Positions 29,310-39,185 of a stretch of DNA of 64,000 nucleotides are shown one piece after another. The translations under genes were made by a program, and so were the position numbers. Where the stretch lies: NCBI GenBank assembly GCA_045600105.1, contig JAZRXG010000021.1:5387-69386 (forward strand), read 5' to 3'. A model generated the notes under the pieces. It was not told the DNA's origin and searched no databases. It saw nothing but the letters and a program-made list of their open reading frames with translations. The first letter of the stretch is position 1, and each line of letters opens with the position of its first letter. The DNA is from Eubacteriales bacterium. Its GTDB lineage: Bacteria; Bacillota; Clostridia; Oscillospirales; CAG-382.

Positions 29310-29585
29310 TTATGACGGATTTTCATTATTTCGGCAGGTATTTATGTGATATTTAACTATTTGTTCTTCTATCTTATGCCTGAACGAAGAGTTTATCGGG
29401 TGGACGATGTCCTTGAATTCTCCGTCCAAGACCCTGCGGTTCGGCATCACGACGAGGTATGAATCGTTTTTGCGGACGAGCTTGACGTCGTGGAGCACGA
29501 GCTCGTTGTCGAACGTGACCGAATAGATCGCCTCGAGAGGGGTGCCGAAAAAGCTTTTTCTGAGTTTGATATCGGTGATATCCAT
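29310..29585 (-). CDS. spoVG: septation protein SpoVG
   Basis: MDITDIKLRK...VLHDVKLV...VVMPNRRVLDGEFKDIVHPINSSFR matches the SpoVG signature. Confidence 0.9.
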   Translation of the reverse strand: MDITDIKLRKSFFGTPLEAIYSVTFDNELVLHDVKLVRKNDSYLVVMPNRRVLDGEFKDIVHPINSSFRHKIEEQIVKYHINTCRNNENPS

Positions 29586-29719
29586 AAAGCAGCTCCTTGT
29601 AATAATGTTTGTATTATTATGGAAAAAATCATGCCGTGTTATTCAAAATAACGGTTGCATTTTTCAAACGGAAAATATATAATGTATATTTGGAAATCAT
29701 TGCGGAGGTCTTGTGAAAG

Positions 29720-31084
29720 ATGAACGGTTACTCGTTGAACGACTGTAAAAAAGTATATTTCGTCGGCATCGGCGGCGTCAGTATGTCCGCTCTTGCCCTA
29801 ATACTCAAAAGCAGGGGGATATCCGTACTCGGATACGACCGTTCCCCGTCTCATGAAACCGGGATACTCGAAGATCACGGTGTTGAAATAAGCTATACCA
29901 CCGATTCCCCCGAGCTTGAAAACGTCGACCTGCTCGTCTACACCGCCGCGGTCAACGAATCGCATCCCATCGTCGCTGAAGCCTTGAAAAGAGGCATTCC
30001 CTGCATATGCCGTTCGGTGCTTCTCGGCGACATCGGCGACGGATACGCCGTTTCGATAGGCGTGAGCGGTACTCACGGCAAATCGACCACGAGCGGCATG
30101 ATATCCAAGATATACACCGACGCTCCGGGTCACGACCCGTCGTTCGCGGTCGGCGCGCTGCTCCCGTTCATAAACGCCTATTACAGAGTCGGCAAAGACG
30201 ACACGTTCATTTATGAAGCCGACGAATACAAGGATTCGTTCCTGCAGTTCAGACCGACGACCGCCGTCGTGCTCAACGTGTATCACGACCACCCCGACTA
30301 TTACAAGGACGTCGGTCAGGTGATACGCTCGTTTGCGAAATACATCTCGTCCGCGAAAAACGTCGTCATCAACCTCGACTGCGAGAACACGCCGGGAGTC
30401 ATTGAAAACTATAAAGGAAACGTGTTCACCTTCTCGGCGGACGGAAACGAAAAAGCCGATTTCTACGCGACCGACGTCGATATTTCGACGGGATACGCCT
30501 CCTACACGCTTCACCGCGGCGGAAGCTCCATTGCGATAAAGCTTTCGGTGCCGGGGCTCCACAACGTGGCAAATTCCCTCGCGGCGTACGCTGCCTGCTT
30601 CATCAACGGACTCGAGCCGGAGGTGATCGCGTCGGGCATCGCGTCGTTCGGCGGCGTTTCGCGCAGATTCGAAAAATTCGGCACTCTCAACGGCGCCGCG
30701 CTGATAAGCGATTACGCCCATCACCCCGACGAGATACGCGCCTGCCTCGGTTCGGCAAAGCGCATATCCAAAAACAAAGTCATCACGGTGTTCCAGGCCC
30801 ACACCTATTCGCGCCTCAAGGGGCTTTACGACGCCTTCGTCGAATCGCTCGGGATGTCGGACGTCACGGCGGTCACAGACGTCTTCGCCGCGCGCGAGAC
30901 AGACAGCCTCGGCATGAGCGGCGAAAAGCTCGCGCACGATATCGGCGGCACTTACGTCCCGTCTTTCGAGGCTGCCGCCGAGTTTATCAAAGAAAACGCG
31001 GGCGAAGGAGACCTTGCCGTCGTCATGGGAGCCGGAGATATTTATAAAGTTTGCGATATTTTGAAAAAAATGCTTGACAAATGA
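29720..31084 (+). CDS. murC: UDP-N-acetylmuramate--L-alanine ligase
   Basis: GIGGVSMSALA, GTHGKSTT, and the Mur ligase C-terminal domain. Confidence 0.95.
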   Translation: MNGYSLNDCKKVYFVGIGGVSMSALALILKSRGISVLGYDRSPSHETGILEDHGVEISYTTDSPELENVDLLVYTAAVNESHPIVAEALKRGIPCICRSVLLGDIGDGYAVSIGVSGTHGKSTTSGMISKIYTDAPGHDPSFAVGALLPFINAYYRVGKDDTFIYEADEYKDSFLQFRPTTAVVLNVYHDHPDYYKDVGQVIRSFAKYISSAKNVVINLDCENTPGVIENYKGNVFTFSADGNEKADFYATDVDISTGYASYTLHRGGSSIAIKLSVPGLHNVANSLAAYAACFINGLEPEVIASGIASFGGVSRRFEKFGTLNGAALISDYAHHPDEIRACLGSAKRISKNKVITVFQAHTYSRLKGLYDAFVESLGMSDVTAVTDVFAARETDSLGMSGEKLAHDIGGTYVPSFEAAAEFIKENAGEGDLAVVMGAGDIYKVCDILKKMLDK

Positions 31085-31147
31085 GTTTCCGCGTTGTATA
31101 CTAAATTGCTTTGTAAAATGCTGACAATATCCGGGAGGTGTAAAATA

Positions 31148-31336
31148 ATGGCTAAATGTATGTTTTGCGGCAAGGGCGTTACGTTCGGCAACAACGTTTC
31201 CCACTCCAAGAGAAGAACGTCCAGACCCTGGAAAGCTAACATAAGAAAGGTTCACGCCAACATTGACGGAACCAGCAAGACCGTTTACGTCTGCGCTCGC
31301 TGCCTCAGAAGCGGTAAGGTTTCCAGATCCGTTTGA
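31148..31336 (+). CDS. rpmB: 50S ribosomal protein L28
   Basis: MAKCMFCGKGVTFGNNVSHSKRRTSRPWKANI. GGGAGG upstream of ATG 31148. The track ORF is over-extended. Confidence 0.9.
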   Translation: MAKCMFCGKGVTFGNNVSHSKRRTSRPWKANIRKVHANIDGTSKTVYVCARCLRSGKVSRSV

Positions 31337-31349
31337 ACCAAAGCAAATC

Positions 31350-31378
31350 AAAAAATCCGGTTTTTGCCGGATTTTTTT
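31350..31378. terminator. bidirectional intrinsic terminator
   Basis: aaaaaatccggtttttgccggattttttt. Confidence 0.8.
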
Positions 31379-31396
31379 GTTTTATTCTTTTTTTCG

Positions 31397-31990
31397 TCAG
31401 ACGGTGGGATAAGGGTATTTTTTGAAATACTCGTCTTCAAGCATCGAATAATACAGCACGGTGCGATAGGAGCCCTTGCAGAGTATGACGTCGCGCAGCC
31501 TGCCTTCGTAAACGAAGCCCATCTTCTCCGCGAGTTTTACCGAGTCTTCGTTCCCTTCCATTATGCGAAGCTGCACGCGGTGGAGCGCCATAGTGCCGAA
31601 CGCGAATTCGAGTATGCGCGTGAGCGCCTCGGTCATATAGCCCTTGTGGTGATAGTCGGGGTTCAGAACGTATCCGAGCTCGCCCGAGTTGTCGTCCATA
31701 TTTATGTCCGAAAACCCGATCGTGCCGATGAAAACGCCGTTTTCCTTGCAGGTGATGCCCCAATCGGCGTAATTCCCCTTGCGGTACTCGCGCTGAAGAT
31801 ATTCGATATATCCCTTGGTTTCGTAAATATTCAGATGCGGCGACCAGAGGAGGTAGCGTGTGACGCTCTCGAGACGCGAGTAGGCGTACATATCGAGCGC
31901 GTTTTCGGGGGCTATTTTTTTGAGAACGAGACGTTTCGTCTCGATCTGCGGCAGCGATGAAAATGCTTTTCTGTATCTTGACTGATCCAT
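31397..31990 (-). CDS. GNAT N-acetyltransferase (RimJ/RimL-like)
   Basis: GNAT core ...GYVLNPDYHHKGYMTEAL...LHRVQLRIMEGNEDS. Confidence 0.8.
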   Translation of the reverse strand: MDQSRYRKAFSSLPQIETKRLVLKKIAPENALDMYAYSRLESVTRYLLWSPHLNIYETKGYIEYLQREYRKGNYADWGITCKENGVFIGTIGFSDINMDDNSGELGYVLNPDYHHKGYMTEALTRILEFAFGTMALHRVQLRIMEGNEDSVKLAEKMGFVYEGRLRDVILCKGSYRTVLYYSMLEDEYFKKYPYPTV

Positions 31991-32248
31991 ATCGATTTTG
32001 CGGAAGAGCGTTCCTTCTCCTTTCGGTGTGTCTTTGAAAGACGGATTTCATTATATAACCCGCGCGGTTTTTTTTCAAGAGTTTTTTCAAAAAAAGCGTC
32101 ATTCTTCGGCGACGTTGACGGCGTATATAAAAACTTTACAAATATATATTAAAATAAAACGTCATATTCGTTTTTTTCTATTGACAGAAAGTTGTTTTTA
32201 GTGTATATTAAATATGTATTATTCCGTTTGAAGATTTGGAGGTCCCAC

Positions 32249-35116
32249 ATGAAAAAACGCATTCTTTCGTTCATTCTGATCTGCGTGATGGTTCTGTCGA
32301 CTCTCATTCTTTCTTCGTGCAACGGTGAAACCGTTATCGAAGACGAGCCGGCAAAGGTCTACACCCTTTACACCATCTGCGAAGAAGGCACGACTCAGGA
32401 AGCAATCCATGAAGTCGAAACAGCCCTCAACCGTCTCACTTTTTACAATAAGGGTCTCTGCGTCAAGCTCGTTATGCTCACCGCTGACGAATACGACGCC
32501 GTGATAGACGCGAAGCTTGCCGAAGTCAAGGCATACAACGATGCCAAGAACGCCAAGGGCAAGGACAAAAACAAAGACAAGGATACGTCTTCCGCCGCCG
32601 AATCTTCCGAGGAAGTATCGGTCGACGTCATGACCGGCGACGATTACATCGAGCTTCTCGAAAATGACGAATCCTACGAATACGAATATAAAAATCCCCG
32701 TCTCGACATCTTCCTCGTAAGAGGCTACGACAGATACATCGACCTCGTCGGCAAGGATCAGCTCGCCGCCCTCGATGAAAAGCTTTCCAGCGAAGCGAAG
32801 GTCATCAGAGACTACGTTTACCCGACGTTCCTCGACGCCGCCAAGGTCACCAACACCAAGGGCACCCGCAAGACCTACGGTATCCCCATGAACAAGGGCA
32901 TCGGCGAATACAGCTACATCGTATTCGACAAAGAATACCTCGACAAATATCAGATCGACGAAAGCACCATGACCAACCTCGAAGACCTTGAAGAATACCT
33001 CAAGATCATCTCCACCAACGAAAAGGACGTCGTTCCCCTCGTCAACGTATTCGACTCCCCCGATTTCGCTTATCTGTTCGGCGACGGTTTCCCCGCATAC
33101 ATTTCCAAGGGGACCTATGTTACCGATACCTACACCGATGACAACGCCCTCAACTACTTCACCATGATCGCCCGTTACGCTTCCCTTGATTACCTCAAGG
33201 ACGAGCCCGCAAACGGCAAATGGGCAGTCAAGTTCATCCGCGGTACTTTTGAGGATATCGACGCTCTCGAAAAAAAGAACGGCCGTGATTACGAGTACAC
33301 CATCCACTCCTATCCCGTTGCCACCAACGACGACCTTCTTTCCTCCATGTTCTGCATATCCGCTTACACCATCTCCAACGAGCTCACCGACGTTGCCACC
33401 CTTCTCTCCTACATCGAGACCGATCCCGCGGTAGCCAACCTCCTCGCTTTCGGCGTCGAAGGCACTCACTACACCCTCGACGACAACGGTCAGGTAGTAC
33501 GCAACCCCGCCGCAGGATATATGGTTGATCTTTCCAGCGTGGGCAACTCCTTCCTCACCTACACCGAAGCAGGCGAGAACCCCGACAAATGGGAAATTCT
33601 CAAACAGCAGAACATCGACTCCCAGAACACCGCCGACCAGTCCGTTTCCGTCGGTTTCGCATACTACCCCAACAGCATCAAGGACCCCAACGATTCTTCC
33701 GTTCTCTGGTCCGAGCCCAACTACGTCAACATAATCAAAGAAAGCTCCTCCGATTTCTATAAGAAGATAATCGAGGGCAAATACATTTCCGTTTCCGCTA
33801 AGGACGTTGAAAACGTCGTCGTTCCCATGATCAAGGATGAAATGATCGCCGAGATCGAAGCAAGATATCTTGCTGAACTCGATGAAGTCATCAACGCCGA
33901 AAAGCAAGCCGAATACGCTCCCGAGACCGAAGCGTACAAGAAGCTTGAAAAATCCGCTTACAATCAGGCAATCAGAAAATACATGACCGGCAACACCTAC
34001 AAGTCCAAGATAAAGAGCGAAGTCGTCGCACAGCTTTCTCTTGAACCCGAGTATTCCGGCACCGATACCGAGACCATCGCAAAGCGCAACGCGAAAGCCA
34101 CCGAGATCTGCACCGACGCGTACTACGAAGAAAGATTCAACGAGATCTACGCAAAAGAGATCCACGACAATATGGAAAAATCCATAAACGCGACGATATC
34201 CAGCAAGGTCAAGACCAACGTGACAGACTACAAGAAGACCGACGAATACGCCGCACGTCTTGCCGCAATGTACGCTTCCGAAAGCTACGTTTCCGAGACC
34301 GACGCGATCAAGAACGCGAACATCCAGGACGAATTCAGCAGCAGATACATCACCGCTTCCAACGATTACATGAGGATCACTCTTGAAGATAAGATCAAGG
34401 AAGAATTCGTAAAGATCAACGACGACCTCAGAAAAGCCTACGTTGGTTTCCAGAACGAATACATCGCAAGATATTCCTTCGATGACGACGCCACCCGTTC
34501 CGAGCCCGACTACCGTACCGCCATCACCGCCGCTCTCGCGGACATCAAGACCAAGAGAGTTGACGGCAGCACGTTCAACGGTGCGCTCCAGCAGTACGTC
34601 ACCGCGATCGTCAAGGAAAAGATGCTTGCCGCCAACCCCGACGAGCTTGATGCCAACATCACCGATACCGTATCCGATATGCTCAACGACAAGTGGATAC
34701 AGAACATCGTTATCGAAGCCTTCGCTTTCGACACCAACAAGGGTCTCAACGAGACCGGCGACGGTGACAGCGAAGAGATCAAGGCAGCCGTAAACGAATT
34801 CATCACCAAAGACGAGCTTCCCGGAATCAGAGATATCATCAAGAAGTATCTCACCAAAGCCGCCGTCAAGGACAAATACAACACTTCCCTTATCGTTTCG
34901 TTCGAAAAAGCGGTAGGCCTCATCAAGACCGTTGAAAACACCGTTTCCAAGGATGAAGAACCCGAGGAACCCGAAGAAGGCACCGATGAAAAAGACGAAA
35001 AAGAGGAAGAAGATACCGGTCTCGTAGACATCAACACCGTTGAGCTCTACCCGATCATCTTCGAAAAGCGTATCGAAGAACAGTATTACGCATATCATCC
35101 TCTTCCCACTGCCTGA
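32249..35116 (+). CDS. 955-aa lipoprotein: SBP-like N-terminal half plus ~450-aa helical/acidic C-terminal extension
   Basis: Lipobox LILSSC. The N-terminal half is paralogous to the 8299 and 46356 SBPs. The C-terminal half is Lys/Glu/Ala-rich, predicted helical, with an acidic EEPEEPEEGTDEKDEKEEED tract. ATG 32249 follows TGGAGG. Confidence 0.8.
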   Translation: MKKRILSFILICVMVLSTLILSSCNGETVIEDEPAKVYTLYTICEEGTTQEAIHEVETALNRLTFYNKGLCVKLVMLTADEYDAVIDAKLAEVKAYNDAKNAKGKDKNKDKDTSSAAESSEEVSVDVMTGDDYIELLENDESYEYEYKNPRLDIFLVRGYDRYIDLVGKDQLAALDEKLSSEAKVIRDYVYPTFLDAAKVTNTKGTRKTYGIPMNKGIGEYSYIVFDKEYLDKYQIDESTMTNLEDLEEYLKIISTNEKDVVPLVNVFDSPDFAYLFGDGFPAYISKGTYVTDTYTDDNALNYFTMIARYASLDYLKDEPANGKWAVKFIRGTFEDIDALEKKNGRDYEYTIHSYPVATNDDLLSSMFCISAYTISNELTDVATLLSYIETDPAVANLLAFGVEGTHYTLDDNGQVVRNPAAGYMVDLSSVGNSFLTYTEAGENPDKWEILKQQNIDSQNTADQSVSVGFAYYPNSIKDPNDSSVLWSEPNYVNIIKESSSDFYKKIIEGKYISVSAKDVENVVVPMIKDEMIAEIEARYLAELDEVINAEKQAEYAPETEAYKKLEKSAYNQAIRKYMTGNTYKSKIKSEVVAQLSLEPEYSGTDTETIAKRNAKATEICTDAYYEERFNEIYAKEIHDNMEKSINATISSKVKTNVTDYKKTDEYAARLAAMYASESYVSETDAIKNANIQDEFSSRYITASNDYMRITLEDKIKEEFVKINDDLRKAYVGFQNEYIARYSFDDDATRSEPDYRTAITAALADIKTKRVDGSTFNGALQQYVTAIVKEKMLAANPDELDANITDTVSDMLNDKWIQNIVIEAFAFDTNKGLNETGDGDSEEIKAAVNEFITKDELPGIRDIIKKYLTKAAVKDKYNTSLIVSFEKAVGLIKTVENTVSKDEEPEEPEEGTDEKDEKEEEDTGLVDINTVELYPIIFEKRIEEQYYAYHPLPTA

Positions 35117-35192
35117 TCACAATCAGCAAACCGAAAGGCTGTCGTAAAAACGGCAGCCTTTCTTGATAAATTCAAGTCAACGAGGGAACAAA

Positions 35193-36770
35193 ATGAAAAG
35201 AATGAAAAAACTCATCGCGTTTTTCCTTGCATTTAGTTTCATATTATCCGGAGGTCTTACGATCATGGCGGAAAACGAGCCTCTTCCCCCCGAAAGCATG
35301 CAGTCCAAGGGCATATCGCCCATAACCGGAACGTTCATTCAGCCGTGGCTTTACAACGCGTATTCAAACGAACGCTGGGACAAGGAATTCGAAATGATGA
35401 AGGAGCTCGGCATCGAGTACATCATCATGGGCGACACTCTCTCCTGCGTTACGGGCGAACCGATAACCGACACCTCAAAATGGGTCATAACCGCCGATTA
35501 CGCTACGCAAAACCCGTCTTTCAAAAAAGGCAACGACATCCTTACCCCGCTTTTTGAAAGATGCAAAAAGTACGGTATCAAGCTGTACGTCGGCATGGGC
35601 AACACTCCTGCCGGATGGCCGTTCTTCGATTACGGCGCAACGGGATTCGTACAGATCGCCGAAATGTTCGCCGAAGTCGCCGAAGACCTTTACAACGTCT
35701 ATTACACCGCCTACCCCGAGACTTTCGCGGGCTTCTATTTCGTTCCGGAAATGTACAATTCGAGCAATTTCGACAACGATTATCAAAGAAGCAACTACGT
35801 CAAGAACCTCGGCAAAGGCTTTCACATCATATTCGACAAGCTGACCGAGCTCAACCCCGACCTGCCGTTCATCTTCTCGCCGTACGTCAATATGTTCGGC
35901 GGAAGCTGGGTCTCCAAGGATCCCGAAAAGATCGGTCTGTTCTGGAAGGAGCTGCTTTCCACCGCGGGCTTCCGCGACGGCGACATCCTCTGCCCGCAGG
36001 ACAGCGTGGGCGCGGGCGGCAACGATCTGACGCTGCTTGAAGACGTCACGAAAGCGTATAAATACGCCGTTGACAACTGCGGACTCGACATCAAGCTCTG
36101 GTCCAACTGCGAGATATTCGTCCAGCCCACCGGAAAGTTCTATGACAACTACGACGGCGCCGGATACTGGTCGGCGTGCACCACCGACAGAATGGTGAAG
36201 CAGTTCGAGATCGTATCGAAATACGTTGACCGCATCTTCTGCTTCGCGGTTCCGCACTACCTCTCCCCGTACAACAACGTGCACGGTTACTACGATTCCT
36301 ATATGTATTACCTTGAAAACGGCAAGCTTGACGATGAGCCTCCCACGCCTCCCGACACGTTCAGAACGACGTATGAGACCGTCAACGGCAAGAAGGTCCT
36401 TACGGTATACTGGTCGGGAATGTACGATAACATCGGCGTTCACAGAGTCAACATATATAAGAACGGCGAGCTTTATACCTACCGCGTCGCCACGAGAAAC
36501 GAAGGACACGACGGGACGGAGTCCTACCCCAACAAGTTCTGGGACCTCGATTTTACTCCCGAAAGCACGTCCGGCGTCACTTATCAGTTCGAAGTCATCG
36601 ACTGCGCGGGCAACGTGAGCAAGCGTTCGAGGATCACCATCACTCCGAGCTCCGTTCCCAACAACGTCAAGCTTACCGAGACCTACACCGGCCCCATTCC
36701 GGCAGGCATTTCCCTCGCCGAAGGCGCAAAAACGAGCGCCAGAGCCGCAAAGAGAAAACCCGTGAAATAG
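35193..36770 (+). CDS. secreted DUF4434-like (TIM-barrel glycoside-hydrolase-like) protein
   Basis: Sec signal MKRMKKLIAFFLAFSFIL. ITGTFIQPW...WDKEFEMMKELGIEYIIM is typical of DUF4434. C-terminal beta-sandwich-like domain. Confidence 0.65.
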   Translation: MKRMKKLIAFFLAFSFILSGGLTIMAENEPLPPESMQSKGISPITGTFIQPWLYNAYSNERWDKEFEMMKELGIEYIIMGDTLSCVTGEPITDTSKWVITADYATQNPSFKKGNDILTPLFERCKKYGIKLYVGMGNTPAGWPFFDYGATGFVQIAEMFAEVAEDLYNVYYTAYPETFAGFYFVPEMYNSSNFDNDYQRSNYVKNLGKGFHIIFDKLTELNPDLPFIFSPYVNMFGGSWVSKDPEKIGLFWKELLSTAGFRDGDILCPQDSVGAGGNDLTLLEDVTKAYKYAVDNCGLDIKLWSNCEIFVQPTGKFYDNYDGAGYWSACTTDRMVKQFEIVSKYVDRIFCFAVPHYLSPYNNVHGYYDSYMYYLENGKLDDEPPTPPDTFRTTYETVNGKKVLTVYWSGMYDNIGVHRVNIYKNGELYTYRVATRNEGHDGTESYPNKFWDLDFTPESTSGVTYQFEVIDCAGNVSKRSRITITPSSVPNNVKLTETYTGPIPAGISLAEGAKTSARAAKRKPVK

Positions 36771-36776
36771 CAAACG

Positions 36777-36810
36777 AAAACGACCGAAAAGATCACTTTT
36801 CGGTCGTTTC
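36777..36810. terminator. bidirectional intrinsic terminator
   Basis: aaaacgaccgaaaagatcacttttcggtcgtttc. Confidence 0.8.
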
Positions 36811-36828
36811 TTTATTATACTCGCGTTT

Positions 36829-37305
36829 TCAGCGTGCTTTTCCCTTCCACACGAAGCGCGGTCCCTCTTCCCCGTATTCGCCGGTCGGGACGTAGCCCGC
36901 TTTTTCGAGCACGCGCTTTGATCTGACGTTATCATCATCGGTCTCGGCTTCGATACGCGTCACTCCGTCACGGCGCGACGCCCATTCGGTGGCGGCGATG
37001 ACCGCCTCGGCAGCGTAGCCCCTGCCCTGATATTCCTCAAGCAGACCGTAACCGATCTCGACGCTTCCGTCGTCGTTCAGCCCCTTGAAGCCAAGGTCGC
37101 CTACTCTTTTTCCGTCCTTGAGCTCAATGAACCAGGCGGCGTACCATTCGCGCTTTTCGGGACATTTTACGCTGAGCTCAAGCATCTGCGAATACGCTTC
37201 CTTCAGTTCGGCGTTCTTTTCGTTTTCGACAAGAAGACGCATTTCTTCGTCCGTCGCGGCATGTATGACAAGTCTTTCGGTTTTAATAACACAGTTTTCG
37301 TTCAT
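36829..37305 (-). CDS. GNAT N-acetyltransferase
   Basis: GNAT motif A YQGRGYAAEAV. Confidence 0.8.
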   Translation of the reverse strand: MNENCVIKTERLVIHAATDEEMRLLVENEKNAELKEAYSQMLELSVKCPEKREWYAAWFIELKDGKRVGDLGFKGLNDDGSVEIGYGLLEEYQGRGYAAEAVIAATEWASRRDGVTRIEAETDDDNVRSKRVLEKAGYVPTGEYGEEGPRFVWKGKAR

Positions 37306-37859
37306 TGCATCGATTCCTCAATCGGTATCATTCCGGCGTAGTGCTCCATATCCTCAAAAACAAGAGCGACGTATCTGCGCGTCTCATCTATCGGGATCGC
37401 CTTGAGCGTCATACCGTCGTCGGAATACCTTTCGTCGTCCAGCCAGTTTCTCACTCTGCCCATTCCCGCGTTGTAAGCGGCAACGGCGCTCTTCCAATCG
37501 TTGAAGTATCTATATAAATAGGAAAGATAATACGTTCCGAACCTCACGTTCGTGTCCGTGTCGTCGATGCTGTATTCATCGACTCCGAGCCGTTCCGCCA
37601 TTTCGTCGCAGGTCGGCTGAATGAGCTGCATGAGCCCGTGAGCGTCCGCTCTCGAGACGGCGTCGGGATCGAATCCGCTTTCGACATTGATGACGGCGTA
37701 GACGAGCTCCCGCGGGACGCCGTATTCGCGTGCCCATTTGTTCACGGAATCCTCGAAGTCCATCGGGTAATCGCGCACGTATCTTTCGTTATAGTAGATC
37801 GCGTACACAAGCGCGGCGAGTACCGCTATCGTAAGAATGACAGGGATGATCTTTTTCAC
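37302..37859 (-). CDS. membrane-anchored lytic transglycosylase (SLT domain)
   Basis: N-terminal TM. SLT motifs VINVESGFDP and GLMQL. Confidence 0.85.
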   Translation of the reverse strand: MKKIIPVILTIAVLAALVYAIYYNERYVRDYPMDFEDSVNKWAREYGVPRELVYAVINVESGFDPDAVSRADAHGLMQLIQPTCDEMAERLGVDEYSIDDTDTNVRFGTYYLSYLYRYFNDWKSAVAAYNAGMGRVRNWLDDERYSDDGMTLKAIPIDETRRYVALVFEDMEHYAGMIPIEESMQ

Positions 37860-38437
37860 AGACGTTTCTCCATTATCATACGGTAAAGTGTTTCGGCTTT
37901 TTCCTCAAGCATTTTTTCGGTCGAGTCGTTGGTGATGACGTAATCGCAGTTGGTGCGAAGAAAATCGTTGTCCTTCTGACGGCGAAGGCGGGAAAGCGCC
38001 GTGTCGCGGTTGATGGAATCGCGGCGCATGACGCGCATGACGCAGTCTTCGTCGTCGGCAATGACGCCCACGATGACGTCGCATTCCTTGTCAAGCCCCG
38101 ATTCAAAAAGCAGAGGCGCGTCAACGACGTCCACGTTTCCGCGGATTTTTTCCTTCGTTCTCGCGATAATATGTCGGTGGGTGATCGCGTTGAGGTTTTT
38201 GTAGCCTTCGGGGTCGTTCATCGCGAGCGACGCGAGACGGCTTCGGTTGAGAGTGCCGTCGCCGTTCAGTATGCTTTGCCCGAAACAGGACACAAGCTCT
38301 TCAAGGCATTTTTCGCCCTTTTCGGTCACTTCTCTGCTGACAAGGTCGGTGTCTATGTAATTTATCCCGCGGTTTTTGAGATATTTGCCGACGGTGGATT
38401 TTCCGCTGCCGCTTCTGCCGCAAAGACCTATTATCAT
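37856..38437 (-). CDS. coaE: dephospho-CoA kinase
   Basis: P-loop GLCGRSGSGKST and CoaE length. Confidence 0.9.
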   Translation of the reverse strand: MIIGLCGRSGSGKSTVGKYLKNRGINYIDTDLVSREVTEKGEKCLEELVSCFGQSILNGDGTLNRSRLASLAMNDPEGYKNLNAITHRHIIARTKEKIRGNVDVVDAPLLFESGLDKECDVIVGVIADDEDCVMRVMRRDSINRDTALSRLRRQKDNDFLRTNCDYVITNDSTEKMLEEKAETLYRMIMEKRL

Positions 38438-39063
38438 TTCAGTGCTTCCTCGATTTCTTCTTTTGTGATGCTTCCCTCGCGGAGTACCTTTATGCCGTTG
38501 TCGAGCGTCACTATCGTCGACGCGATGCCGCTGCCGACCTTGCCCGCGTCAAGCAGCGCGTCTATCCTGCCGTCAAGATACGCCATGACCTCGTCGCCGG
38601 AAGTCGGTGCCGGAAGGTCGGAAATGTTGGCGGATGTTGCCGCGAGAGGCACGCCGCACGCTTCCATGAACAGCAGGGCTTCACGGTTCGACGGGAATCT
38701 GAGCCCCACGGTGTCGCCTCCGGCGGTGACGGTGCGGCAGACTCCGTCCTTTTTTGGGGCGATGACGGTGAGAGGACCGGGCGTGAAAGCGCCTATGAGC
38801 TTTCGCATATCGTCCGTGAGATACGCTGTCTCCTCCGCCTGGGTTATCGAATAAAGGTGGCAGAGCAGCGGCTTTTCGGCAGGTCTGTTTTTGGCTTTGT
38901 AAATATTACGGCACGCCACGTCATTATATGCGTCAGCCCCGAGCCCGTAGACCGTTTCGGTCGGGAACGCGACGATGCCGCCGTTCTTGATGATACCGGC
39001 GCAGATATTTATTTTTTCAATATCGTTTTCGCTTCCGTCAAGCTTGTATACGGTTGTTTTCAT
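38434..39063 (-). CDS. tsaC: L-threonylcarbamoyladenylate synthase (Sua5/YwlC/TsaC family)
   Basis: FPTETVYGLGADA and ATSANISD motifs. Confidence 0.9.
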   Translation of the reverse strand: MKTTVYKLDGSENDIEKINICAGIIKNGGIVAFPTETVYGLGADAYNDVACRNIYKAKNRPAEKPLLCHLYSITQAEETAYLTDDMRKLIGAFTPGPLTVIAPKKDGVCRTVTAGGDTVGLRFPSNREALLFMEACGVPLAATSANISDLPAPTSGDEVMAYLDGRIDALLDAGKVGSGIASTIVTLDNGIKVLREGSITKEEIEEALK

Positions 39064-39185
39064 TTTTCATTACCTCTTTTTCAACGTGATTATACCACGA
39101 AAAGAAGCGTAAAAAAAGTATTTTTCGTAAAAAAAGCGCGTTTTTTCACGACTTTTTTGAAATTTGTTATATACTTTTCGGTTTT

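Noticed and set aside
29798-31351. 517-aa ORF on the minus strand
   Set aside because: Antisense to murC and rpmB.
32219-35098. 959-aa ORF on the minus strand
   Set aside because: It is an antisense shadow of the 955-aa lipoprotein gene. The composition is Gly/Val/Phe-rich and non-protein-like, and there is no RBS. This is typical of high-GC third-position bias.
35475-36938. 487-aa ORF on the minus strand
   Set aside because: Antisense to the DUF4434 gene and running across a terminator.
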